Both the position numbers and the translations under genes were made by a program. A stretch of DNA of 63,964 nucleotides, counting the filler, from Octopus bimaculoides (lineage: Eukaryota): NCBI RefSeq assembly GCF_001194135.2. It is 4 parts of 4 records of this genome, joined end to end, with 100 filler letters (N's around TTAATTAATTAA, not from the genome) between each part and the next. Parts side by side here need not be neighbours in the genome. Positions count along the whole stretch, not along the records: positions 1 to 27,207 come from NC_068981.1; 3 more parts are not named here. One strand, given 5' to 3'. The stretch's first letter is position 1, and each line of letters begins with the position of its first letter. Below, in pieces: positions 10,871-22,977 of the stretch. The notes below the pieces were generated by a model. It saw only the letters and a list, made by a program, of their open reading frames with translations, did no database searches and had not been told where the DNA came from.

Positions 10871-12509
10871 CAGAACAAGGGCACAAGGTCAGCATCTAAC
10901 TGATACTCTGTTTTATCTATCTCTGAAACGATTAAGGGAAAAGTTGACTTCGGCGGGATTTGAACTCAGAATGCAAAGAGCCGGAAGAAATTGAGTTAAA
11001 GATTTGGTTCCACGCAGTAACAAAGAAAAAAAAAACAGTTTCATACACATACAAACACATACACACGTCTAAAGTGTGTGTGTGAGTGAGAGAGAGAGAC
11101 AGAGACAGAGACGGAGAGAAATAGATATATAGAGAGAAAGAAATTGAGGAAAAAAAGAGAAAATGAAAGAGAATGAAATACAAAGAGTAAGTAAAGAGAG
11201 AGAGGGGGGGAGAAGGGGGAGAGTCTAAGCGTGAAACGTTCAAAAGCAAACATAGTGCTTTCTTTGTAAGAGTTTGAAAAACCTACTCACGGAAAAACAC
11301 CAACATCCTTGTTAATTAGAACTGGATAAAATAATTAGTATTGGATATAATACAAGGATACATTTATAACAGGCTCTTATGCCACTTTACTTGACAGAAA
11401 TAAAGTTCATATGACAAATGGATATTTAACCTGAATAACATTCTAGAAAGACTGTTCTAGATGACATTCGACAAAGACTTTACATAGAGTTTCAATGAGA
11501 GATAGATACATGCTGTTCCCAGAAGACTGAAAATAAGTCACCAGCAAAACCGATATTCCTACATTCAGCTAGAATCACACAAACTTCGAATAGTTTCCTT
11601 GTATAAAAATAATTTGATGCAATCGAAGATTTTGTTGTCTGTCGACTCTCCATTGACCCTAGTATCGTATAAGTTAAGCATTTAGTCATTACATTTTCCT
11701 CAAAACGAACACTTCACTGGATATTCAAGCTTGTTTCCACTCTCACAGTGCAGTCGATAAGCTGTTGGAACACCACACACATACACCCACTTCTACAACA
11801 AAGCAAAAATACTTCTCGGAAATATATTCCTAACTTAAGCACAAGGCCATAAGTATTTATTTTTAATAGTGAGAGGCAAAATGTAGTCGATGTAATTAGT
11901 GTTCCTCATAAAGGGAAAGGCTAGCCTCACCCCTGGAGAAGTGGGGTCGTGAGAACTAAAAAGGGCTAAGTAAATTTCCATGTTTAATAATATTAGAATA
12001 GTTTCTAACTTTAGAATCTTGTCAAACATCATGGCGAAGAAAGAGAGAAAAGTTATATGGATGACAACCCTACCTCGTCAGCTCATTAAAAAAAAAGAGG
12101 TGGTGGCTCTTTAGGTTCTAAGCTCAAATCCCACCAAGGTTAACTTTGCCTTTCATTCTTAAGAGGTAAAAAAAAATATGATACTAATAAAGTACTAGGA
12201 TCGTTGGTAACGACTAACGCGTTATCCTCAAAATTGATGGCTCTCTACCTAAATCAGAAGCCATTAATTAATAGAAAGGCAAAGGTAAACAAATTTACTA
12301 CACATACACAGTCAGGGTATGCATTCTTGTATGGAGTAAAATGCAGTCTGATCTGACGAATGATTTATTCAAAATATTCACATGATGAAGCATATTTTAT
12401 ACCTTTGATGGATGGTAGTGATTACGCAATGTGTTTAATAATATCATTTCACCAATATACTACGGGTCTGACGATGAGTAGAAACAATTGCAATTATATG
12501 GAATAAAAG

Positions 12510-12586
12510 GGCGGCGAGCTGGCAGAACCGTTAGCAAGCTGGGCGAAATGCTTAGCAGTATTTCGTCTGTCAAGCTCTGAGTTCAA
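12510..12586 (+). mobile_element. SINE family B head, truncated at the inverted-repeat element
   Basis: ggcggcgagctggcagaaccgttagc...ctgagttcaa. Confidence 0.85.
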
Positions 12587-13272
12587 AGAAACCGTTTTCG
12601 ACAGATGAATTCATGAACTTCAAAATAAAGGCCATTCAAAATGATTTAACAGTTTAAAATCCACGGAGCAAAACATTTACAGTGATTCTGCAACTATTTC
12701 AGTTGACAGAATGGATTCGCCAAAATAGTGTAGAGGTTAGAGTTTTTAGGAGGGGGAAGAAATAATTGACTCCAGTGACCTAATTATCTCTATCTCTAAC
12801 AAAAGGAGGAGGGCACGGCTCCATTAGTCTTGGGTTTATCTACTAAGAAATTGTTTATTGTCTACTGATCAGTGGTAAGAAAATGATTTGTGGTCAGGTC
12901 AACCTACTAAATTATCAAGGTCGTTTGTGTAGGAATCAATTCACAAGCTTTATCTCCTCCACAAGTCGACAAGGAAGTGAAGGATATGGAAAGAAGGATA
13001 AGGAGACAAAAAAAAAAGAAAGAAAGCTGACCCAACCGTTATTAATTACCATAATATTAATAGAGGAAGACTATAACTGGGAAAAACTCTACTAACTTCT
13101 AAATTTTTCTGTTCTGATTAAATACACTATTCTGGTAAATCCATTCTGTCAACTGAAATAGTAGCAGAATCACTGTAAACGTTTCGCTCCGTGGATTTTA
13201 AACTATGTTAAATCGTTGTGAATGTCCTTTATTTTGAAGTTCGTGAATTCATCTAACGAAAGTGGTTTCTTT
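12585..13272. mobile_element. Non-autonomous DNA element (MITE-like) with ~160-190-bp inverted arms
   Basis: 12585-12748 is the reverse complement of 13082-13272 at roughly 85-90% identity; a homologous fragment lies near 63740-63812. Confidence 0.8.
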
Positions 13273-13309
13273 ATAATGATGTAATGTTTTCATTACAAAA
13301 TGTTTTCGT

Positions 13310-15186
13310 TACAAAGTAGGACCGCTACTAGATGAAAACGGCTCACCGACTGCGGACCCCCAGAGGATCAGTGAATTACTGAATGCACAATACAAGAGTG
13401 CTTTCGGCATACCGCTAGGGAAGCTACGAGTGAATGTGCCGGATAGGTTTTTTAACCACGAAGACACACATTGTGAAATGGTAACTATTGATAACATCAA
13501 CATAGAGGAAACTTATGTGATATCAGTCATTGAAGAGCTGAGCTCGAACTCGGCATCGGGCCCTGATGGATTCCCTGCACTCCTCCTAAAGAAATGTAAA
13601 AGAGCTCTAGCTAGACCACTTCAAATCCTTTTCCAGGAGTCCCTCAGGATGGGGAAACTCCCCCAAAAACTAAAAGTGGGAATAATATGCCCTATCCATA
13701 AGGGAGGAAGCAAGGCAGAGGCTAGGAATTATAGATCTGTCTCCCTGACCTCCCATGTCAGTAAAGTCATGGAGCGCATTGTCAGGTAAAGACTGATTGA
13801 GTTCCTTGAGGATAATGGCCCGCTCTCTAACACCCAACATGGCTTTCGCCCGGGAAGGAGCTGTCTTACACAGCTTCTGCGATACTATGACTGAGTACTG
13901 AAGCAATTAATGAACTGCTCAAAAGTGAATTTGGTATACCTCGACTTTGCGAAGGCATTTGGCAAGGTCGACTATGGAATGATATGCCACAAAATACGGG
14001 GACTCGGCATCACCGGTAAAGTCGGAGAGTGGCTGCATGATTTCCTAAAGGACAGGAGTCAAACTGTAGCAGCCAACGGAGCTCTCTCTACAGAGACACC
14101 AATAGTGAGTGGAGTGCCCCAGGGCACTGTGCTGGGGCCACTGCTTTTCATGGTAGCCCTATCGGATATGCCATCAGTGACAGAGGCAGCCATGCTTACC
14201 AGCTATGGCGACGATACAAAAGTTGCACACTCAGTCAAGGAAACCTCTGATGTTTCGCTCTTACAGAAAGATCTAGATGCCATCTATACATGGGCTGAGG
14301 ATAACAACATGCAATTTAATGCAAGTAAATTCCAGGCCCTCCGCTACCAGTCAAGCACTGTTTAGGAATCCCGACATCAGTACATTGGACCAAGTGGAGC
14401 AATGATCCTAGAATCAAATACGGTGCGTGATCTTGGAATAGAAATGAGCAACAATGCCTCATTTCACACACATATCAACATAATGGCAGCAGTATCCAGA
14501 AGACTGGCTGGTTGGATTCTGAGACAAGGGACCAAGAAACTATGATGACACTATGGAAGTCATTTATCCTCAGCCGACTGGACTACTGCTCTCAGCTATG
14601 GTCACCTTATACTACAAGGACGATAGCAAAGCTTGAAGCAGTCCAACGACATTACACAAAGAAAATTGCATCAATGGAACGACTGAGCTACTGGGACAGA
14701 TTGAAAGAGCTACGACTTTATTCCCTGGAACGAAGGCGGGAGAGGTATGCAATGATATATATTTGGAAGATACAGGAAGGACTGGTACCAAACTTTGGAA
14801 TAAAGAGCTATACCAGACCACGAACAGGACGTCACTGTGCTGTCCCCACTGTGCCGACTGCTTCATATCGGGCAAGGACGTTGTACTGCAATAGCTTGGG
14901 TGTCAAGAGCCCACAGCTGTTTAACTGTCTGCCGAAGCATCTAAGGAGCCTCCATGGAGTGAATGTAGACGTTTTCAAACGTGAACTTGACCTCTGGCTC
15001 GCCGAGATCCCGGATGATCCAATATTCAGGCAAGAAACTCAAAAGAGAGCAGTAACATCGAACTCCATCCTTCACCAAAAGCCGCTCCGACAAAGGTGGA
15101 AAGTGGAAAGATGATCACAATGGCGGTGCTCCAGCATGGCCACAGTCATTGGACTGAAACATATAAAAGAATAAAAGAATTAAAAG
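13310..15186 (+). mobile_element. 5'-truncated non-LTR retrotransposon (CR1/L2 group), reverse transcriptase ORF2 remnant with 3' tail
   Basis: Motifs SGPDG, PIHKGG...NYRSVSLTS, YLDFAKAF, SGVPQGTVLGPLLF, YGDDTK, LDYCSQLWSP, LYSLERRRER; broken by stops and frameshifts; ends in (TAAAAGAA)-type repeats. Confidence 0.92.
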
Positions 15187-15528
15187 TCACTAGGGTTAGG
15201 TTTAGAGTATCTCTACTGTTACTCATTTTATTTTATTCATTTGTCTCGGAATCTGCCCTTCGTAAATATTGTGGACTGTATACTTTATATACTGTATATG
15301 TCTGAATAGCTCAAGAGCGGATTTCTTAACTCAATAGGATCTAATTGTCCACTACACTGCATGAATATCATTCGGTCGGTACTTTTGTACCAACCAAGTT
15401 TGATATTTACATAATATTGTTGTTATGTGTGTATATTATTCCGACCTCACGAGGTGCTTCAATTTAAGTACCTAATTCAACTGAATCTTACTTAAATTTT
15501 ATCAACATATATATATATATATATATAT

Positions 15529-15573
<45 letters not shown>

Positions 15574-15829
15574 NNNNNNNNNNNNNNNNNNNNNNNNNNN
15601 NNNNNNNNNNNNNNNNNNNNNNNNNNNNNNNNNNNNNNNNNNNNNNNNNNNNNNNNNNNNNNNNNNNNNNNNNNNNNNNNNNNNNNNNNNNNNNNNNNNN
15701 NNNNNNNNNNNNNNNNNNNNNNNNNNNNNNNNNNNNNNNNNNNNNNNNNNNNNNNNNNNNNNNNNNNNNNTTAAGTACCTAATTCAACTGAATCTTACTT
15801 AAATTTTATCAACATATATATATATATAT

Positions 15830-16086
15830 ATATGCGTGTGCGTATGTGTGTATGCCTTTTTGTCTGTATTTGTACCCTCCACCGCTCGAAATCGATGTTA
15901 GTGTGTTTATGTCCCAGTAACTTAGTGGTCCGACAAAAGAGATCGAGAGAATAAATAACAAGCTTTACGAGAAATAATAAGTACGGGGGTTGATGCGTTC
16001 GCCTAAAAGTTCTTCAAGGCGGTGCCCCAGCATGACCGCAGTCTAATGACTGAAACAAGTAAAAGAGAAAAGAGAAAAGATAAAAG
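15830..16086 (+). mobile_element. SINE family A 3' half
   Basis: aggcggtgccccagcatgaccgcagtctaatgactgaaacaagtaaaagag tail. Confidence 0.85.
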
Positions 16087-16374
16087 ATTGTGTTTAAGAT
16101 CACATTATTTAGAGTGCCCTTGCTTTCTTTTAAGACAATGGAGTGTGATTTGAGGAACATTTGAAAACTGCTTCCAATGGGTCAATCAGCCACATAGAAG
16201 CTTCTTAAGCTTGCTGGAATAGCGTACTGTCGGTAAAAGAGTGCGAACTGGGCGAAAAGTGAAGGGGTACTTTTCAGTCTGAAGTTTAACATATTTTATT
16301 GTCATCACTGAAACGTTTGCCTTTATGCAGTGGTGTAGCTAGCCCTCAAGCCTATACGGGCTTATACCATCATC

Positions 16375-16592
16375 AACCCATGGCCACTATTATCTCGAGT
16401 TCTAGGTCTCTTAATCCGGTTATCAGGTTTCCACTAGATACAAGAGACCGAGGTCGCAAGATTCCCCTTGGGTTAACTGGAGCAATGAAGTATTTTTCTC
16501 GAGAATACAATGCACCGCCCAATCCGGGAATCGAAACCACGTTCTTGTGATCGTGAGTACAGCACTCTAACCACCAGGCTACGCGCCTTCAC
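16375..16592 (-). mobile_element. SINE family C-like 5' part
   Basis: aactggagcaatgaagtatttttctcgagaatacaatgc...gggaatcgaaaccacg...ctaaccaccaggctacgcgccttc. Confidence 0.75.
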
Positions 16593-16937
16593 ACACAGAC
16601 TTCACAATAGACCCCCAAAAAAAGCATCGCCTGGGCGGACCACCCTCCTCGCTCCGCACCTTATGTAATGTATCGGGAGGGAAATCAACTTGGCACATCT
16701 CATCCTTCTTAAGACTAACGAATTTAACTGGAAATCACTTGTTCGAGAAAAATACAAACCGGGACACCTTATCAGATTACCATCATATCATGAGCCATAC
16801 TGAAGAAAAGACGATAGAGCATCAACTCTGGCGCATGTTGTGTCATTTGACAGATCAAGCACCAGATAAAGGAAACAATCAGTATTGTTATTTAGCACCA
16901 TATCAACCAACACTGACTGAGCCAACATATGAAGAGG

Positions 16938-17150
16938 CGCAAGCATGGCTCTGTGGTTTAGAAGCTCACGTTGCAACCACGTAGTTTTGAGTTCAGTACC
17001 TTCTACTTCAGCCTCTAGTCGACCAATGCATTGTAAGTGAATCTAATAGAATGGAAATTGTGTGGAAGCCCGTCGTGTGTGTGTGTGTTTATGTTTGCAT
17101 TGTGTTTGTCCTTCACCACGACAACCGCTTAACCACCGATATTGGGATTT
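16938..17150 (+). mobile_element. SINE family A 5' half, degenerate
   Basis: gcaagcatggctctgtggtttagaag...ggaagcccgtcgtgtgtgt. Confidence 0.75.
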
Positions 17151-17264
17151 TTATTATACATCACTTGTTTCCTTATTTTTTCTCAGTTTCGCTGAAATAA
17201 TAGGTTTATATTCTTTTGGAGATTGGATCTGAAAGTACATATAAAGCTATAAATAATCTTTTCT

Positions 17265-17595
17265 GTTATAGGCACAAAGCCTAAAATTTTGGGAGTTGAG
17301 GCTAGTCTATTACTCCGACCCGACTACTCAACTGGTACTTATATCATCAACATCAAAAGGATGAATATAAAGCTATGAATAATGGTTTCAAATTTTGGCC
17401 CAAAGCCAGAAAGTTTGGGGAGAGGGGAAGTCGATTACATCGACTCCAATGATCAGCTGGTACTCATTTTACCGACCCCGAAAGGATAAAAGACAATTTC
17501 GACCTCGGCGGGATTTGAACTCAGAACGTAAAGACGAGCGAAATGCCACAAATCAGTTTGTCTAGTTTGCTAACGATTCTGTCAGCTCGCAGCTT
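17265..17595 (-). mobile_element. Two tandem SINE family B copies (partial ~17265-17360, near full ~17380-17595)
   Basis: Both carry the ggcacaaag/ggcccaaag...gacccc...ctggtact segments. Confidence 0.85.
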
Positions 17596-17808
17596 CATAA
17601 AAATAATAATATGTAAATATAGTTATGACGTCAATAACATTTAAAAATTATACTTAACATTTCAGATTCTTTATTTAGATGTACCAGGAATACAATTATC
17701 CTTATAACCTGTGAAACCCTTTATCCTATCATTTACGCTGGCGGGTGTTTAAAACAGGCCCCCATCCTAAATATCCTAAATATCTAAAATTGTAGCTTAT
17801 TCGTGACG

Positions 17809-17850
<42 letters not shown>

Positions 17851-18144
17851 ACACTCACAGACACACACTTTTTCTCTTGTAGGATTCCAACTGTCTGCCA
17901 AAATAAACACACACATTCATATACAAGTACAAATATGTAACTATGTGTATCTACATATGTGTATTATATGTATAAATGCAAATATGTATGCATATATCTA
18001 TGTGTAGGCGATATGGAAGAAGATAGAAAGATAGAGCTCTACGATACAGAGTGGGAATTAGAGGGAAAGAGTAATAAAATAACAGAAGTATAGAGAGAAA
18101 AAGAATAATACGTTAAAAATGATTGAACTGGAGAGAGAGAGAGG

Positions 18145-18192
<48 letters not shown>

Positions 18193-18413
18193 GACAGAGA
18201 GAGAAAGACAGAAATTTGTGTTTGATGTTGAAGTGTTTTGGAAGAAATTTTTTTATTGTGATGGTTGATTTTTGACAACATAATTTCGAATCTTATTTCA
18301 TTTGTATCATTTTCTATTCCTGAGCTATTGTGTTTAAAAGCCAAGAGCTTGAAATATCTATGAAGTGAAATGAATGTTACCTATTTCATATAAAGCATCT
18401 CATGTCTATAATA

Positions 18414-18674
18414 CAGTATCGTGCAAAAGTCTTCGACCACTTGAAACAATTGTAAATTTTTACCAATTACCAACTTTTAACTGCGTTTTTTTACAGATGA
18501 AAACACTGGCCCTGTTGGAGTCATTTCCATGCCTAATCATTATATTTTGTAGTAGGGGTTCTGAATGAGAGGGGATGCGAGACGATACACAAAAATGTCC
18601 GTGCAACTTATAAGTTGGCAATTAGTAGAAATTTACAATAGTTTAAAGTCGCCGAAGACTCTTGCATGGTACTG
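18414..18674. mobile_element. Tc1-type MITE (261 bp)
   Basis: ~67-bp TIRs starting CAGTATCGTGCAAAAG / CAGTACCATGCAAGAG; TA on both flanks (18412-13, 18675-76). Confidence 0.88.
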
Positions 18675-19287
18675 TATAGGTATGCGTAGAATATGTGCGT
18701 GTGTGAGTGTGCTAGGATAGTGATATTATTTCAAAGCACTTTTAAGAATAATTGAGCAAATGAAATAAACATCAGAAATGTCTTAGTTACTTCAAGTTCT
18801 TTTGATGGTGAAATAAACCTATTGCAATAGTGGAAGTTCTTCCGTATTTTCAACTGTCAATTCAGGGTTTTACTCTGTATCAAGAGTAGAGTCAAATTTA
18901 CTATGAAGATCAAGTTGTTGGGATCTTTGAATTCAGCTTATTGGCATGTCCAGTCAGTGTTTGTTGAACAATCCAATAGGCACGTATGCCAGCTTGTGTG
19001 CGTTCTCCTTCACACACATCGAGACGTCATGAATATTTTAATCAGTATTTTTAAACTAGATTTTCTACATAAAAATCTAGTCTATATGTGGGTATATATA
19101 TATACGCTTGTATTTTTGTTTGTGTGTTTATATGTATGTAAATATATTTATTTGTACATATATAGTGAGAGAAATAAGATAGACGAAGAGACTAACAGTG
19201 AATAAATGTGTGATCCAGAAACGGTGGTAGTTCTTCATATTTAATAGTTTAGAAATGGAAAATAAGGCAGGGGTAATATCGACTGCT

Positions 19288-19672
19288 GTGGAAGCGCAAT
19301 GGCCCAGTGGTTAGGGCAGCGGACTCGCGGTCATAGGATCGCAGTTTCGATTCCCAGACCGGGCGTTGTGCGTGTTTATTGAGCGAAAACACCTAAAGCT
19401 CCATGAGGCTCCGGCAGGGGATGGTGGTGAACCCTGCTGTACTCTTTCAACCACAACTTTCTCTCACTCTTACTTCCTGTTTCTGCTGTGCCTGTAATTC
19501 AAAGGGTCAGCCTTGTTAAACTGTGTCACGCTGAATATCCCCGAGAACTACGTTAAGGGTACATGTGTCTGTGGAGTGCTCAGCCACTTGCACGTTAATT
19601 TCACGAGCAGGCTGTTCCGTTTGATAGGATCAACTGGAACTCTCGACGTCGTAAGCGACGGAGTGCCAACAA
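19288..19672 (+). mobile_element. SINE family C, full length
   Basis: tRNA-like head ggcgcaatggcccagtggttagg...gtttcgattccc; tail gatcaactggaactctcgacgtcgtaagcgacggagtgccaac shared with copies at 28571, 30770 and 31062. Confidence 0.92.
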
Positions 19673-19943
19673 CAATATCGACTGCTAACCCGCTTTCAAC
19701 AGTGGAAAAAAAGAAGTTACGTACATAAACAGAAGAGAATGATTCTGATATTTAATTGTACAGGGACAACTCTGGACATATTTCGATATTATTAAATCTC
19801 ATCAATGAATTATAGTATATCTCTTAAATAAGTAGATACTTAGTTATTTCATTGGATGAACAATGGGTACTGCTGTAACTTAAACCGCAAATGTACATTT
19901 GTTTCACACTGACAATGTCTGTATGTATTGTCTTCAGATAACA

Positions 19944-20047
<104 letters not shown>

Positions 20048-20279
20048 TTTTCCAGTCATTTCTGACGAATGGAAATTTCCTATTGCTTCATACAACTTAC
20101 CAATTTTCAATAAGGCAATGTAATTGCTTCCGCTTACTATTCTTTTCGCTTTTACTTTTCCGATGTTTTATTTATTTTTCCTTATATTCTTATTTTAATT
20201 TGAAACAAGAATGTCTTCAAAATAACAAGTTGTTACAGCAAAATACGATTGCTTTTTAAGTAGCTGATGAAATGTAAAG

Positions 20280-20520
20280 ACAACTACCAGCCACAACATC
20301 AGCCACACTGGCACCAATACCGACACAACAACCATCACAACAACTAACACCACTAACAACAGCAACAACACTAACCACAACAACAACCACGCTAGTACTA
20401 GCACCAACAGCACTATTACAAGTACGAACATTTCTAACAACAATAACAATCCCAACAACAATAACATCGATCACCTTGTCATCAGCACTACAAATAACAA
20501 ACCATCACTTCAACCAACGC
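20280..20520. repeat. Degenerate (CAA/CAC) low-complexity block; resumes at 21505-21730 after a SINE A insertion
   Basis: Direct inspection. Confidence 0.8.
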
Positions 20521-21503
20521 TCTTTTACTCTTTTACTTGTTTCAGTCATTTGACTGCGGCCATGCTGGAGCACCGCCTTTTAGTCGAACAAATCGACCCC
20601 CGCAGGACTTATTCTTTGGAAGCCTAGTACTTATTCCATCGGTCTCTTTTGCCGAACCGCTAAGTTACGGGGACGTAAGCACACCAGCATCGGTTGNNNN
20701 NNNNNNNNNNNNNNNNNNNNNNNNNNNNNNNNNNNNNNNNNNNNNNNNNNNNNNNNNNNNNNNNNNNNNNNNNNNNNNNNNNNNNNNNNNNNNNNNNNNN
20801 NNNNNNNNNNNNNNNNNNNNNNNNNNNNNNNNNNNNNNNNNNNNNNNNNNNNNNNNNNNNNNNNNNNNNNNNNNNNNNNNNNNNNNNNNNNNNNNNNNNN
20901 NNNNNNNNNNNNNNNNNNNNNNNNNNNNNNNNNNNNNNNNNNNNNNNNNNNNNNNNNNNNNNNNNNNNNNNNNNNNNNNNNNNNNNNNNNNNNNNNNNNN
21001 NNNNNNNNNNNNNNNNNNNNNNNNNNNNNNNNNNNNNNNNNNNNNNNNNNNNNNNNNNNNNNNNNNNNNNNNNNNNNNNNNNNNNNNNNNNNNNNNNNNN
21101 NNNNNNNNNNNNNNNNNNNNNNNNNNNNNNNNNNNNNNNNNNNNNNNNNNNNNNNNNNNNNNNNNNNNNNNNNNNNNNNNNNNNNNGTATATTGCCACTT
21201 AAGTGTGGCTGACCCCTAGGGGTGGATGTTACTGTTGCTTTTAGCCCCAGGAGGACATCTCCTCCAGCTGGCTTATCGACACACGACTGTGTCCTGTTTG
21301 CCAAGGGAAGTTATCCCTCTCATATACATATACATATATACGACGGGCTTCTTTCAGTTTCCGTCTACCAAATCCACTCACAAGGCTTTGGTCGGCCCGA
21401 GGCTATAGTAGGAGACACTTGCCCAAGGTGCCACGCAGTGGGAATGAACCCGGAACCATGTGGTTGGTAAGCAATCTACTTACCACACAGCCACTCCTGC
21501 GCC
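20521..21503 (-). mobile_element. SINE family A, full length; N-gap and extra sequence in the central microsatellite
   Basis: Tail 20521-20696, gap 20697-21186, unrelated 21187-21320, head 21340-21503. Confidence 0.9.
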
Positions 21504-21734
21504 TATTAATAATAACAACGCTATTAACAACGCTATTAATAATAACAACACTACCAAGAATATAGCCAACCGCATTGACGACAGCACCAAACACCGAAAC
21601 CACCAACACCACCACTAGCACCACAACCACTACCGCAAACAACAACGGCAACTAGGCTAACAAAACAAAACTATACATAACAAAAACACTAAGACTTACA
21701 AGTATATATAACATACAAAAAATAGCACCACTAG

Positions 21735-21833
21735 GCACCACAACAAACCACAGCACATACACACGGCACGCAGAACTGCGCTCAGTAGTGCAGTGAAAGC
21801 ACGAGATAAAAATAAAACTACTGAATAATAATA

Positions 21834-21835
<2 letters not shown>
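21735..21835 (+). mobile_element. Probable 3' UTR of a further TAA-associated non-LTR element
   Basis: caaaccacagcacatac...gaactgcgctcagtag...ataaaaataaaactactg ending in aataataataat; family assignment is from recall only. Confidence 0.4.
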
Positions 21836-21899
<64 letters not shown>

Positions 21900-22110
21900 T
21901 CTACTATAAGCACAAGGCCTGAAACTTTGGGAGAGGAGACTAGTCGATTATATCGACTCCAGTATTTCATTGGTGCTTAATTTATCGACCCCGAAAGAAT
22001 GGAAGGTAGGTTCGACCTCGGCGGAATTTGAACTCAGAATGTAGTGACGGTCGAAATACCGCTAAGCAATTTACTTGGTGTGCTAACGATTCTGCCAGAT
22101 CACCGCCTTA
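21900..22110 (-). mobile_element. SINE family B, full length, with (TAA)n tail on its own strand (21835-21899)
   Basis: Reverse complement starts ttaaggcggtgatctggcagaatcgttagc. Confidence 0.9.
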
Positions 22111-22111
22111 A

Positions 22112-22893
22112 CAAGGGTGACCCCAAAAAAACTAGAAGCCTAATCATCGCAGCCCAGGATCAGGCATTGAATACCAACTCAATGAAAAAAATATATACCA
22201 CACAAGTGTAACAGACCTCTGCAGAATGTGTGGGAAGAGGGTCGAAAGCGTGACTCACATTGTTAGCGCTTGTGAAAGTCTTACGCAGAAAGAGTACAAG
22301 CGTAGACACGACAAGGTAGCCCAAAACTTCCATTGGCTACTATGCCGTAAGTATAGATATGAGGTTACGGGTGCTTGGTATCAACATACAGCGGAAAAGA
22401 TAATGGACGAAAAGGGGAAGGCAAAAATTGTCTGGGGTTTTGACTTCTAGACAGACAAGGTATTAGAGCACCGAACGCTGGATATAGTAACCTTTAGGAG
22501 GGACAAACAAGAGTGCCTAATAATTGACGTGGCAGTGACAGGAGACCAATATATCATCATGAAAGAAAGAAAAAAAGTTGATAAATATGGAGACCTGAAA
22601 ATTGAGATCGCTAAGATGTGGCAGATACGAGAGCCGAACATAAAGGTTATCCCTTTTATCACCGGGGCATTGGGTTCAATACTACCTAATCTGAAAAAAC
22701 ACTTGAAAATTTTAGAGATACCCTACAATCTTGGTGTATTGCAAAAGTCGGCATTACTTGGAACTGCACGCATATTGCGTAAAGTACTATCTGTCTGAGA
22801 TCCTTGTTGTGACTTGACAAACAGTACAAACGCCCAGTAGACACAATATCTTCAATCAACAACCTCACGATATTGTATATTATGCGACGTCTA
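22112..22893 (+). mobile_element. 5'-truncated R4/Dong-like non-LTR retrotransposon (CCHC zinc knuckle + restriction-like endonuclease, 3' UTR)
   Basis: AAQDQAL, CRMC...THIVSAC, RRHDKVA, DIVT...IIDVAV, KYGDLKIE, GALG, LLGTARILRKVL*; followed directly by (TAA)n at 22893-22998. Confidence 0.9.
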
Positions 22894-22907
22894 TAATAAT
22901 AATAATG

Positions 22908-22977
<70 letters not shown>

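Noticed and set aside
10576-10899. Poly-Y/H/T/V ORFs, and all CV/HT/YI/LS-repeat ORFs in the track
   Set aside because: These are translations of microsatellites.
11290-11820. Non-repetitive, coding-looking stretch
   Set aside because: Stops in every frame and no identifiable motif.
12585-13272. Kolobok assignment (TTAA TSD) for the inverted-repeat element
   Set aside because: Flanks are TCAA and TTAT, and the homologous fragment near 63.8 kb suggests the terminus lies further out.
15189-15203. Second telomeric motif after the LINE tail
   Set aside because: Only about one and a half imperfect units, expected by chance.
15465-15825. ~50-bp direct repeat on both sides of an N-gap, resembling a TSD or LTR
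   Set aside because: Identical sequence ending in (TA)n at both contig edges is most likely an unmerged overlap.
19294-19366. tRNA gene (also heads near 4538, 9222, 28072)
   Set aside because: A/B boxes are present but I could not form a proper cloverleaf, and each continues into a multi-copy SINE body.
20256-20520. Thr/Asn-rich mucin-like ORF (also 21505-21730 and 47700-48110)
   Set aside because: Degenerate CAA/CAC low-complexity DNA interrupted by a SINE, with no splice or domain support.
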